From Phoronis australis (lineage: Eukaryota; Animalia; Phoronida), in assembly GCA_002633005.1 (NCBI GenBank), contig NMRA01000049.1, positions 131,878-195,877 of the forward strand: a stretch of DNA of 64,000 nt. Direction: 5' to 3'. Of the stretch, positions 50,424 to 63,009 are shown in pieces. The translations under genes were made by a program, and so were the position numbers. Under the pieces are notes generated by a model. That model did not search any database. It saw nothing but the letters and a program-made list of their open reading frames with translations, and had not been told where the DNA came from. The stretch's first letter is position 1. Every line of letters begins with the position of its first letter.

Positions 50424-51869
50424 TGGCTGAGAAGATAGTTGTTTTATTACTCCCTATGGATTAGTGAATAGCTACGCCCAGAATGATGGTCTTTGTAATT
50501 CTTGGCTGACATGTGCAATTTCCATCCTTGTCTTGTGGCTAGACCTGGCATTCATGCTGAAGTTCATCCCAGTAGACTTTTTCTGCCACTGAGAAATTCT
50601 ACTTTATTGCACATTCTCCAGGCAAAAAGTCTCAGCATGGTTCAAATTTCTTAGAAAAAATCAGATTGTCTAGTTTTCGCTGAAGCCTGAGTTTTTGCGT
50701 CATTACCTCAGCTTAACAGGTCCCATATTGCGTTTATTAGTGGTCACTTCAGTTTCAGGCTGTTTTGGTAAATTTCGAGAAACTATGTTAAAGTAATGAA
50801 ATAGGTTAGGCTTCTTGGCTATCATCCCATTATTTTTCACTGATATAAGCTGGACCCTCTTCGCCCTATTTTTTTATTAGGTATGCCATATTCTTAGCTA
50901 GTATAATCCTCGGTTGACTGTTTTTCACAGCCGAATTAGCAGGACCCCAAAATGTTGAAAGTTGTTCCTAGAATCCAATGTTTGAAAATGAAGGGCGAAC
51001 ACTGTTTAAAGCCTAACCTCCGCCTAAAATTGAGAAGTCAAATGTTGACAGTTCTTGGAACTGGTGTCACATACACAGGGTCAGTAGGTCTCTGCCAAGG
51101 TATTAGGAGCGTGTAATGTACTTAGCACGTCAGCTGGTGTGGTCAAGGTTGTGAGATTATAGTTGAATTTTATACCTGAGTCAAGCCATTTTTGTTGGCA
51201 TGATAGTTTGTAAATGTTATTGTTCTTCTGATGGTCAGCAGTGCGTATTGTAGAAACTGTGTTTGAACGTTCTAAAATTGAATTCACAGTCTTAGTTATG
51301 GTTTGTGTAATAGTATTGCAGATTTAGTCATAAATTACAGGAAGCGGGAGTTACTTTCTAAACGTTGTTCAGAATTTAGATTCTCGTGTGTTCTTGTCAG
51401 GATGATACTATTGAGTCTTGAAGCGGTTACATATGAAAGTGGACTGTTTCAACTCAGTCGGTGTCCACCTCGTGCGCTGATGTTATTCTGGGCAAGTTTG
51501 TCTAAGTAGTGCTACTTAATGGTTTGTTCCGTTGACCACTTTCAAGTCAATAGTTCTAATACGTCTGATATTGTCTGTGCTAATATTGATAAATAATACC
51601 GGTGATTCGTTGTTGATAAGTGTATTGACTGCTTACAGCGAATTTTAGTCCTTTGTTTTCATAACGAATAAGAGGGGCGGCAAGGCTTGGCTCCCGTCAT
51701 CCGGGAATGATAAAAAAGGAAAACTGTGGAGGCGTAAGATTTTAGGGCTGTCGCGAACTTTTGTCCTTTGGAAATTGTAGTCGACCCCATCGGTAGATTT
51801 ACCGTTATAATACCTATTGATGTTGTTTTCACTGGATAAAGTACACGTAACATTTTAAGCTTGTCTTAA

Positions 51870-52118
51870 AGGAATAATATCGGTTCTTCGACAGTAACGT
51901 GATAGACGTCTTGAAGTTAATGGCCTAGCTTGATTAGAGTATAAAACAACAAAATATGTTGTGCTTTTTGTGATTCATTACAAATCGCTAAGCCTGTGGT
52001 CTGTCTGGTTTAACGTTTATTTTTGAATTTACCAATTTTCGACTGGGATTTAGCCGGGTCCGCCTCACGGCGGTTACAGGTTGATCTCGGAGAATCTTTT
52101 CTCGTCGGTAATATCCCT
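51870..52118. mobile_element. Short Kolobok-type MITE
   Basis: TTAA (51866-51869) AGGAATAATATCGG ... TCGGTAATATCCCT TTAA (52119-52122). Confidence 0.65.
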
Positions 52119-54371
52119 TTAACTGTCAGATTTGTGTTCTTATAAAGTGGTTTGTGTTGCCGAAAAGTAACTGCTTTATTGAGTGAATGATAAAGTTGTC
52201 TTGTTTTGAGATTACAGAATTCTAGTATGTTTCCGAATAATTATAATACTGTATAAAGCGTTTGCGCAGTTGAAATGTCCCGTTTACAGTGACAGGTAGT
52301 ATTTCCTTTTTGACCTCTGTCACTTTCTGTTTAGATCTATTGAAAATAAAAATGCTACTGCAAATGACAGTATACGCCGTTGTTACTTTATTTTCGTATT
52401 GTGGGGGTATGTGGCTCTGGGATAACACTCCAATCGATTCACGGCGTTGACAAAACCGACTGGACGACGTCGTAACAACTTACCATACTCGCGGGATTCA
52501 GTTTGGTTTTACTGTTGTGGCAGAAGAGGGAAATCCTAAAAGAGGAAACGATTAGCCCTACGGATTGTATAATGTTCTAAGAGTTTTTACAAGCGGAGCT
52601 GTAGGGGTAGCAGGGGTCTCGTCTTCACCTGTGCCATTGGTGCATATGTATAGACTCCCGCTTACATTTGTTGCAGTGCCACATCATTGGCGATGGGGTG
52701 TGAAGTGATCTGCAAGAAGTGTACGCTCCCCTCTCACCCTTTTGCTTTGAACAGGGTCCGAAGCAAACCCGAGATGAAGCGGTTTATTTACAACACACCC
52801 ACATCCTCTGTCGTAGCTGTGCCACTATTTTTTACAAACTCCAATAATTTAATTAGCTATAGATTGTCATGTGATAAATTTTTGTATTTTTCATCGGCAT
52901 TTCAATCATTTAATTTTCCCAAGTGTATTTTCGATCATATTTCACATGGAGACGACAGGATCGAAACCGTCAGGAGGTGGCAGCAGGAGTAGGCTTATAC
53001 TTACGACCGGCGGACGGAGGACTCCGATTTGGGCAGCGAAACGTGAGACATAAATCAAGATTAAAAACAAAACATTATTTTGTAAACTGCCAGCCGAGTG
53101 CCGCCTTGGTGGATGAATCTTGTTAGTGGGGTCCCAGTTTCGTTAAAATGTACAGCATGTTGCATCGCCTACACGGTACAAAAACGCCAGGGCACCTAAC
53201 CGAGCAAAATTGGTGTACGCAGATATTCTAGAGTGTATTATTGGAACACATGATGATAGCAACGAATGCCAAGAAACCAAACAGTGAGACTAATTTTGAC
53301 TAGAATCTAAGTGTTTTGAAGAACTTGTAGGCCGCCATTTGTGAATTATATACAATGACAACATGACTCGATCACCGCGATAGTTTAATGGTGACAAAAG
53401 TATTTGCACTTTTTCCGAAAGAAAATCCTAAGATTAATAAGTTTGTGTTAAATATCGTTATTTAAGAAACCATTGATTGTGGTAAAAGAGTTTGTGGGAC
53501 ACTCGTTGTCCGCGGTCATAGTTGTCGCCAGCACTGTGTTCTACGATGGACATCGACTGATCATTTATTGAAGATTTCTAGAACTTTACAACCGTAACCA
53601 TTCGGTCGAACCAATGTAGGATTTAGCTTTGACACGCCTAAAAACTCATGAAACTTTTTGGGGGTAAGATTCCTAGACCGCGTACCCGGGGATAGCTAGC
53701 ACGTCGAATTCATGAGGCATCTCATACTACTGAGGCTAACAGGTGGCGTATTCGTCAACCCAACGCCTAAACGAACTAAGCCGGACTGTGACTAACACGT
53801 CCTTACTAATCAATTCACAAATTACGGAGAAAATAAATCTGAAACTAAATAAGGCGATCCAGATCCTCCCAAGGATACTATTGTTTCACGAAATGTAGAA
53901 TAAACTTTATTTCTGTTTTTGTTGACAAAGGACGTTATTAAATCCGAAAATTTCAGTCGATCCATTCTTGTTTTATTTACCTATTTATATTTTACAAATT
54001 ACGGTAAATGCGCATGACCGTTAGCCGCGGTGGTGAAGAGGACCTTTTTCGTTAATTTCTCTCATAATGCGTCGATTTTAAATAAGACCACTAATATTTG
54101 CTTTCTATCTTAAAAACTATCATTACTTGTGTTGTTTGTTTGCCTTCCTTATTGGTCGTTTTCGGTACTTTGACTCTCTATACGCCAAACAGGCGCGTTT
54201 TGATTTACGAGCGTCACTGTCTCATCAAATACACATTCGGCAAGCCCACGAATAGCAACTAGTTCACTTCTGTGACGTCACCGGCCATTAGTCTTTGGTG
54301 TGAACAATGCACGTTTTCTCGTCCACTTGCGTGTAAATCCTGTTAGCATATGTCTATAATGTTCAGCGGAT

Positions 54372-54622
54372 CATGCGCGCACCCAGCCTTAGATATGGGG
54401 GTGGGGGGGGCTCGAATTCCCGACGTTGTGGACCATTTGCTAACAAAGGCGGACTAAAAAAAGGGAGCACCTCTGTGAATTGCGACTTTGCGCTTGTCAA
54501 GTTTAGTGGACTTTTGTCCCATTTTCTCGGACTTTTTGGCTCTCGGGTGCGGACCTTTTTGCCCACTTCGCCAATTGGGGGGCTCATTCGAGCCCCCGAG
54601 CCCCCGCTTGGGTGCGCGCATG
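54372..54622. mobile_element. CATG-ended MITE with 5-bp TSD
   Basis: TIR CATGCGCGCACCCA / TGGGTGCGCGCATG; perfect CGGAT duplication on both sides; shares GCGGACCTTTTTGCCCACTTCGCCAA with 43745-43981. Confidence 0.85.
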
Positions 54623-55575
54623 CGGATGCCTATCAGGCATAGGTGTGCGTATGCTTCTTGGTAGCCAGCCAGCTAGCTGTATGAAGACTGTCGTCAAAAT
54701 ACAGCTAGGTACCACTGTGTGTATTTCTTCCGTAGACCCCGAAATTGCACACAGCCAGGATAGTTCTGCTCGACACCTTTCTGTGAAACTTGTATCAACA
54801 TCTAAAGCTAAAAACCGGACGGGGTGCATGCAACATCTGGGAATCAACCGATACTCACCTTGCCCGTTACAGCTGTTTAACTGAAAAACAATGTAATGAA
54901 CGTCATTTTCTTGCGTAACTCTCCGCCACTTCTAACAATGAAAAGTATGTCGTCGTTTCGAAAACAATACGCTCGTGTCACCCGCACGCGCCATTTCCTA
55001 AATTTTCGCGACAACTTCGGAAAAGCAAAATTTGTTCTGAAATTCGGTTTTTCGGTATCGGAATTCTAAAAAATTGTAATGAAGTGAAACCAGTTCCAAT
55101 AATTTGTTGTGATGTGTACGCAAGCTCGTGAAAGAACAGCAGTTGATTGAAGAATCGGCGAAAAAAGAAACTGGCCAATAGGTGACGCAATATTTCATGG
55201 CGCCGAAAGCCGTCGCTAAAGATCGCTCCACAACTTTAGCACCAGAATAACGGTAGAACGCCATTTTTTCCAACACTGTTAAATAATTTTGTTTACTCAA
55301 GGAAGACTGTAGTTTTTAATGACACTAATTTTGTGTCAGATTTTATCTTACCACTTTTTTACCCACATCGGTGCAAAGCTGTAGGTACTAGTATATTTAT
55401 ATACACCTATGTACCAAGGCTAGCTTCTTGGCCATGTAAAACATGTTGTCTAAGTAACAATTATTAGGAAACCCATGTGTCCATGATTTTTGCCTTTTAG
55501 TTTTTGGTCACGGCAAATGAGACGAACATGTCACTGAAGGTCATTTTACTATCATAAATTGTAATTTGCAGCATT

Positions 55576-56741
55576 GAACTCTAGCCCTGGAATGCCAACT
55601 CTAGTTCGATCTCGCGCTGTTTGAGGTTCCGCCGCGCATGCTTGTCATTTGTTTGCATTTTTTGTTCCGGTGTTGATAATTCCTATGGAATTTACTGCCA
55701 CTGACACTTTTCGCAACTCCGCCGTTTTTCAACCAACTTGCAAAACCGTCATGTCATTAGAAAGTCCTTCATCAGTTCTGCATTACCTTAGTATTTGATA
55801 TTATATCAGCTTCGCACAGTTGCGTGTTGTTAGTGTCGCCGTGTGTCAAAAAGCGGACATTATGATGGTGTGACTGAATGGCGGAAAAATTCAAAAGCTG
55901 GGATAGTCCGCTAAGATCGGGACAACTGTTAAGTATAATGTACGCTGTCAGCAGCATTAAGTGTTGAATTGGATTTTTACAAGGTAAACTTTGCATTTTT
56001 AAAATGTTAACCCACGGGTATAGGTAAGATAACTTTCACTGTCGAATTATCAAAAAGTACCTGGGCAACAGATAAACTTTGCACAAATGAATTATTATAG
56101 AAACATTTGAAAACAGTAATATTTTATGCCAGCACAATCACACACACACTTAGCTTCCCAAATACGAGTATTTTTTTACAAACACATCTGCTAGCTGGTG
56201 GTGAACATTCCAGTTATAACTGTAGAACAAGCACTCGCAAGCTAAACGTCACTTCATTCTGTAAAATACAGTTCCATGATGACTGCAGATAAAAATTTAT
56301 ATCAGAGGCCAAACTTTTCCCTGGTATCCGGTCAGGGCTACGGGTCGTTGCTAATAAAGAATGACCAATGTAATTGTCGGGTTTGTTGATTAATTTTGCC
56401 AGGAAATTGCTAGTTGTCTCTAACCGTAGCTCAAGAATCTCGCTTAATGAACAAGAATGTCAAAATGAATATTAAGCAATGAAATTAGGCTCGACTTGAT
56501 AACTACAACACTTGATCAAACTCAAACGAGCAGACAGCCAGAAATTCACACTTTTGTTGACACTGCAAGCTCTCGCGACTATAGTCTCGTTGTCACAAGC
56601 TCTAATCAGAGACCGTACGAACGACATGCTAATATTCCTCTAAATGACGACTAATGAATGCTAAAGCAAGACGATTTTTGTTTTGTTCTATGGAATACTT
56701 TGGTCACGTGCAAGAGTTGGCATTCCAGTTGGCTAGAGTTC
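55576..56741. mobile_element. ~1.17-kb element bounded by ~28-bp inverted repeats
   Basis: GAACTCTAGCCCTGGAATGCCAACTCT vs AGAGTTGGCATTCCAGTTGGCTAGAGTTC; the internal block 55690-55770 has an inverted homolog at ~5640-5720. Confidence 0.65.
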
Positions 56742-57551
56742 TACTGATGTTCGCAGGTCTGCACCCGAGTTGCGTTCCGTGTGATCTTGCAATTCCGCAA
56801 GTCACTTCTTGTATCCGTTGCATCTAAGAAGCTTGAAAAATGCGGCAGCGGCCAACGAGTTTCAATTCTCAATTACACGATAATCAGTTAGTCCAGGACT
56901 GATTACGATTAGTAGGACGCCGGGTACTCATAAAATATTCCATCACTAATGCGTACCGCGCGAACTACTGCATTTGTCATAATCTGGCGACTGATGTAAT
57001 TAACTGGCAACGTTTTATCGGTCTCTTATTTTGGCAGAAGGGCGAGCAGAAGGGGTGCTATCTTAGGTCATGGCCCCCAACGGCGATAGGTCTCTTAGTT
57101 GTGCTGGCCTAGGCCTTTGATGAGTGCCAGACAACTTACCGGTACCGCGATATGTTCCGCAGATAAGCTTATATTCAGAAAATGAAAATTTTCAGGCGTT
57201 TTACCAACACCTCATAGGGGGCGCCCGGGCTTTTATTCGGAAAAGTTTTAGTAAGGGCGTGTGAACGGAAAGTTATGGTTTTGGCTACGCACGTCTTGGT
57301 CTAGATTAATTAGAGCTTTCCTGACTTTGACATTTTTTGCTTAAAACTGTGTATTGAAATTTTATCTTAATAAATGCATAGTTCGCCACCACTTTGTTCG
57401 TTTTTATAAATTACTGCTCCACATAACTGAATTTGTGACTGAAAAACACGCCACTGTCGATCTGGACACGGCACTATGCAGAAGTTGTGACAACAAATGA
57501 ATGCCCATGGGCGTTTCATTGGGTGGGCTTGTCTACAATCTGCGGTAATCA

Positions 57552-57659
57552 CAGTGGCGGATTTGAGGGGGGACAAGGGGACTATGGGCCCCCTTAAAAT
57601 TCTACCAGATTCCACTAATACTCTGCCTGTCTTAACTCAAAATCCTGGATCCGCTCCTG
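57552..57659. mobile_element. Short GC-rich MITE with 5-bp TSD
   Basis: CAGTGGCGGAT...ATCCGCTCCTG; AATCA duplicated on both sides. Confidence 0.75.
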
Positions 57660-60303
57660 AATCATATACAAACACACTAATTGCTACATGGGCGGTGGTA
57701 GTTCTAGGTATGCCACCTGACTACAGCGGTGTATAAAACCAGAAGCCACCAAAACAAAAATTAACAGACCGTGAATAATACGTATGCTTACAAGGAAGTC
57801 ACGCATTTCTAAAGATATGCGGGAATTTTCACCGCTCGCCCTTCTGAGCGGCTTGTACCAGAGCGCGGCGCCGAAATCAGTCAAGTACAATTGTGAAGAC
57901 CGCATTGCCGATGCGAGCAAGACCCAATTAAATGTAATTATCCGATCATAAACTGTATTAGACATCTCTGACTGTACATAATGGCGAATTTTCAAAATGT
58001 GTTAACCACTAATTTTCGTTAAAAACGAACACCACGGTGGTATTCAGCTGAAATAAAACAACCAAGTACGGTTTTCGATTTTTAAAAATCGATGAACTAC
58101 AACCATTGGGTACGATTGAAGATAAACTACCGCGCGTATTGGTATACTCGTTGGATATACAAACGCTGATCAGAGTTAGCAATATCACATGGATTCATTT
58201 TTTAATATTCTTTCAATCTCGTTTAACCAGATTTCTGACCAGGAAACACTGAGTTGTTGTGGCCACTTTTCAATTTTTATTACTGACAAAGAGCTAGAAT
58301 AGTTATATAGTCAGTGCCACCGAAATTGTCCAGGGATTCCAAATCTTCAGTTTGGTTATCACCATATTTGCACTTTTGTATTATATTTTATGATTTAAAT
58401 TCTAATAGAGATTAAACTTTAATGAAACGTGAAATGTTTAGTGTACCTGTAATGTGGTAAGTTTAGGGATGGGCTCACAATGAACTTAACTAATTAAGTT
58501 TAGCTGACAATCAAAATCTACCGCTGTTTTGGTATACTTCAAGGTCAAAACTTAGATAAAAAGTTATCAACCCGTTCCCGGTAAGAAAAAAGACAAGTGG
58601 ACAGAAGCATTAAAAATTAAATAAAAAAACCAATGTGAAACATATCATTCATTTGGGAAGTGGCTCTTTATGAAGATAAACACAAGTTAACCTTTTTAGT
58701 AATTTTGTAATATTTATAATGTACCAAGTTAAAACAACTCTCCAGAGTTGCAGGCTATAACTCTGCAAATGTCAGAGAAGCCCAAATTGCCCGGGGGCTA
58801 CTAACAACAACCATTGTTGAGCCAGAAATGCTAGCAATTACCTTTCCCCATCATACAAAGGGCATGCTGAATAGGCATCGCAAAAGTTGTCTGGGGCTTA
58901 GGGAATCAGAGCGGTCACCATTGCAAGCGAGAAATTCTACACATGCTGATATAAAATCGGCAAAAACCTTCAAGCATGAACGCATAACAAAAATACAAAT
59001 ACTTGTTGGCTTGTCAATGAACCTATTTGTAAGGCCCGATTGTTAAGTAAGCATGGGAAGATTCAGAGGGTCGGCACTGGCTACTGGCGTGAATTGTCTC
59101 CGGAGTATGGCAGAGGGCCCCCTCAGTGCCGTCACACTCATGCTCATCGACGACGACTCTCTCGATAGCTCAGACCGTGTGTAGGCCTATTACGTTTGAG
59201 CTTTTTACTACGAACGTAGTTTGCATGTCAGCGAGTATTTCACACCGCTGTATGCATGAGTAACAACAACACGGCGTTCAAGATTCGCAGCGACACCAGA
59301 GACCGTAGAGACGTAGTTCATAATAAAGATAAAATGATAGAAAAATATAAAAACTGTGAGCAAAGAACAAAAAAATGCCCAAAAGATTTACCAACTCAGT
59401 GGAGTACAGGCAGATCCAGGGTGGCGGGTCAAAGGGGTCTGGAACCCCATTTTCCTTGATTGTAGTGATATCAATGCTAGAATTTTCAAATTGTTGACTT
59501 GGGCCACCTTTCTTAAAAAATCATTATCCGACCCCCCCTTTAAAAAATCCTGGATATGACCCTGTTGGGTCGATATTTGGGACAGTTTCATGTAAATGGG
59601 CACAGACACAACTGCTTCAATCTAGAACGTCTTTAAGATGTGAAGTTTTGAAAGAAAGATCTACTAATTTCTCCATTTTATTTTAAAACAAAGTTTGTGT
59701 GTTAAAAGCTTACATAATTAATTGTTAATTAATTGATATTAACACCTGGAATATTGGGGGAAGAAAGCTATCTCTGCCCCCAACCTTTCAATTGGTTGAG
59801 GGGCACCCCCCACTCCTATCTCTTCTTCAGCAGATCCATTTGATGTTTATTACGTTCCTGACCCCTCTGAACAAAATCCTGCAGGTTCGGTACCTGCTCA
59901 TTCTCCAATAACCTACTTTCATCTGCTCAGCTCTTATTACTGAGTCTCCCTCTTGCATATGATGTAGTCCTATTTCTCGTAATTTATATTACCTTTGCTG
60001 CCCAATTTTTTTCTTGGTTTACTCTATATTTTGCCTATGTGTATTTTCCATTACAGTGCTCGTGTTTTTTGTTTTCAACATTTTAAAAAGAGACAATTCA
60101 CAGACAATTTTGAATTTGACAAACTAAGATCGGCCATAGTCAATGTCTTGCGTACTTCGTCGGCCCACACACACCCGCTAGGTGTCGCTACGGTCCATGA
60201 CATAATGGCGGCGGCCTTGGTGAATAGTCTTGTTAGCGTCTTCACTGCACCCTGTTTACTAAAGTCTGTGCAAGGTGCAAGGCCCTGGTGAACGGTTGTC
60301 AAG

Positions 60304-60438
60304 TATGACGTCATATACATACAACACTAGATGGCGCAACACAATCGTACGATTTTAGTCAGGCGCTCGGGAACTCTTATCAGCTTCGATTTGTCAGTTA
60401 GTGCCGGCTTTCGTTTGGAATCTCTGATCTCGGTAAGT
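60304..60438 (+). promoter_or_regulatory. Putative promoter and non-coding first exon of a gene extending beyond the window
   Basis: CpG-richer patch with a TATGACGTCATA CRE palindrome (60304-60315), CTCF-like CACTAGATGGCGC (60325-60337) and a strong G|GTAAGT donor at 60433. No coding exon recognised downstream. Confidence 0.35.
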
Positions 60439-60516
60439 TGAATTTTGCTGTAAAACCTCTGAATATTGGCTCAAGAAATGCACGGATCCTGTGAGCATTT
60501 ATTTGACAAAATCGAC

Positions 60517-60590
60517 GCCGGTCACAGTTCCCGATCACATTTCCCAGTCACAGTTCCTGGTCACAGTTCCCGGTCACACGGGTCACAGTG
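60517..60590. repeat. 14-bp tandem repeat (GGTCACAGTTCCC)
   Basis: About 5 adjacent units. Confidence 0.75.
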
Positions 60591-60788
60591 AACACTCTCG
60601 GGAGGTTGACCCGCTGACATTTTGTTTCAGTGTGATTGTGTCTGTGGCTGGTTAGTCATGTTAGTTGTATTTTTTAACCAATCCACCAGATTTAGCCCCT
60701 ACAAAATATTCTGTTCCCTGGCTTTGATTCGGAGAACAAATTTCTTAACGCAGGAGCCGACAAAAGGCATCATGATTACAGTGATTGC

Positions 60789-60854
60789 TAGGCAATGACC
60801 ATCGCCTCTGTTATCCCGAAGCTTCGGGATAACAGAGGCGATGGTCATTGCCTA
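60789..60854. mobile_element. 66-bp perfect loop-less palindrome with a 9-bp target-site duplication
   Basis: Two 33-bp arms TAGGCAATGACCATCGCCTCTGTTATCCCGAAG|CTTCGGGATAACAGAGGCGATGGTCATTGCCTA; AGTGATTGC at 60780-60788 and 60855-60863. Confidence 0.9.
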
Positions 60855-62593
60855 AGTGATTGCCTGATTCTCAATTATTGAAAGACGGATTTATTTCCAT
60901 AAGTTCCCAAATCTCTTTGAAAAGGTGACTTTTTGTTAAAAACTCTCTAAATTTAGGCCCTTTTTTCTGAATCCCCTCTCTAAAAGGGGTGAGTTCTAAT
61001 TTTCCAGTTGCACCCCCCCCCCCCNTCCAAAATGACCATGGCACAGCCCTCAACCTTGCTGCATGTGACCAGGTGAAGGGAGCGACTGTCATCAGCTGAT
61101 TCTGCTACGTGGATTGCTTATTTGATGCCTCAATATGGATTATTTATGATATTTGGCACACTAGACCTCTCTCACCCAATTAAAAAAAAATGTTAAAGTT
61201 GAACCTACTTTTTTAATGCTTCTTGTTTCTACAAGCTTAGCCCCCAACACTAAATCCATGTAACTGCTTGTGAGATATTGCCTATTCTTTAGTATACCAC
61301 TACTTCATTCTAATCATTGCATTGGATATCGATCAGAGACTCAAGAAAATGCTTAATCAGAGTCTATTGGGGTTGTCCAACCTTAAAATTGGGAATTCAA
61401 AAATGGCACATTTACGTATTGCCTGCGACTTGAGTTCATTAATCGAAAACTTGTGTAACAGTTGGTGTCCATCCTCTGAATTTTCCTGTCTGTCGAAAGG
61501 AGATTTGTATTTGCTATGTGATGTGATATGGCATGCCTTTTATTGAAAAATACCGAGCTAAGACACGATTGCCTCTTGGCAAGCGGCTTTGAAATGCCTG
61601 ACTGTACGTTATGCCCGAAAGTCACATGGTACAGCACTCCTTCAGTCCTTCCCCCCTTCAGCAGAAGACTACAGATCTCAGCATCACCCTCACCTGATTG
61701 AATTTGCCATCAGCTACAATCACCCGTATCCTGGATCCACCACACCATTCCACACAACAGAGTACATATCTCAGAGCGACACCCTAGCCGCATCCTGAAA
61801 TTTGCTGTCATCTACACTCACCCATATCCTAGACTTTCCCTCAGTTATGCTCCCCTGGGGTGGGGGGTTGTCACCGTTTGTACACCTGGGACATCCATTG
61901 GGTAGATTGGATATTTACTGGGAACTAATTTAAATCCTAGTTGTTGGCGGTAAATTGCTCTGAAGGCAAATGACCTATAGTCAAGTAAGTAAGTAATTTT
62001 TGGAGTGCTAAGTGAGAAGACTCAAAGCCTACTTTGTCTGATAATGAAAATTTGTTGAAATTTAAAGCATTTTGAGGTTTTTCATTCAATGTAATTGTTG
62101 CCTATACCGGTAGCCCTATCATGGAATATTATGCCTGTGCTGTGTATCTTAGTTCCTGGTCAACCAGGCTACTGCCAATCTGATAATTACATACCTACCT
62201 ACTCTCGTTGCTATTACTAAGTAACTGTTACTTAATATAGTGTAGACAATTGGCATTGATTCCTCACCCTGACATTGATCAGCGACATTCTTAGGTCTTG
62301 CAGTAAATGTCTGGCTGCCTAGGCATTCCAGTTTAAGACATCAACCTCTTTTCATTAATTCAAGGGGTGTAAAAGTGGATGGAAATTTTGAGTGGCTAAT
62401 GTTATTGGAGCCTAGAAAAATATCCAAAGTAGGCTAACGTCAAAACATCATACTCACAACCCACGCACATTTCTAATCACGGTATATATATATTGTAGTT
62501 AGAGAAGTAATAAACTAAAATCTGTAGCTTTCTTGATATTGGGCTAAATACAGATACTTGTTCATGAGCAGGGATATTCTTTACCAGGTTTAT

Positions 62594-63009
62594 TTACCTT
62601 GTGCTCTTTGGGTGCACCTGACGATAAAAACTGCGCCTTTTTTCAAAAAGTTGTGCCCATTTATGACATCTAAGTTTGTCATATGAATGTTGTGATGTTG
62701 TTCATCATCGCCATCATCATCATCGTCATCATCTTCGTCATCATCTCCATCGTTGTCTTTTCCGTTAATTTCGCCAAGTGTCGCACAAGACTGTAGCCTT
62801 TTTCTTACTGATTTCGGACTTCTACGTTCGTCATGTGTATGTTATTACTACTTCTTTTGTTCATCCTCGCCACCATCGTCGTCATATTCGTCATCTTCGT
62901 CATCATCTTTATCGTCATCGTTTTGGTTAATTTCGCCAAGTTTCGTTTACCTTGTGCTCTTTGGGTGCACCTGACGATAAAAACTGCGCCTTTTTTCAAA
63001 AAGTTGTGC
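62594..63009. repeat. 63-bp direct repeats enclosing two (CAT/CGT)n microsatellite tracts
   Basis: TTTACCTTGTGCTCTTTGGGTGCACCTGACGATAAAAACTGCGCCTTTTTTCAAAAAGTTGTGC at ~62594 and ~62946; TTAATTTCGCCAAG follows each tract. Confidence 0.8.

Noticed and set aside
62245-62345. H/ACA snoRNA-like hairpin ending in ACA
   Set aside because: No convincing H box or two-hairpin structure by eye; would need Infernal/snoReport.
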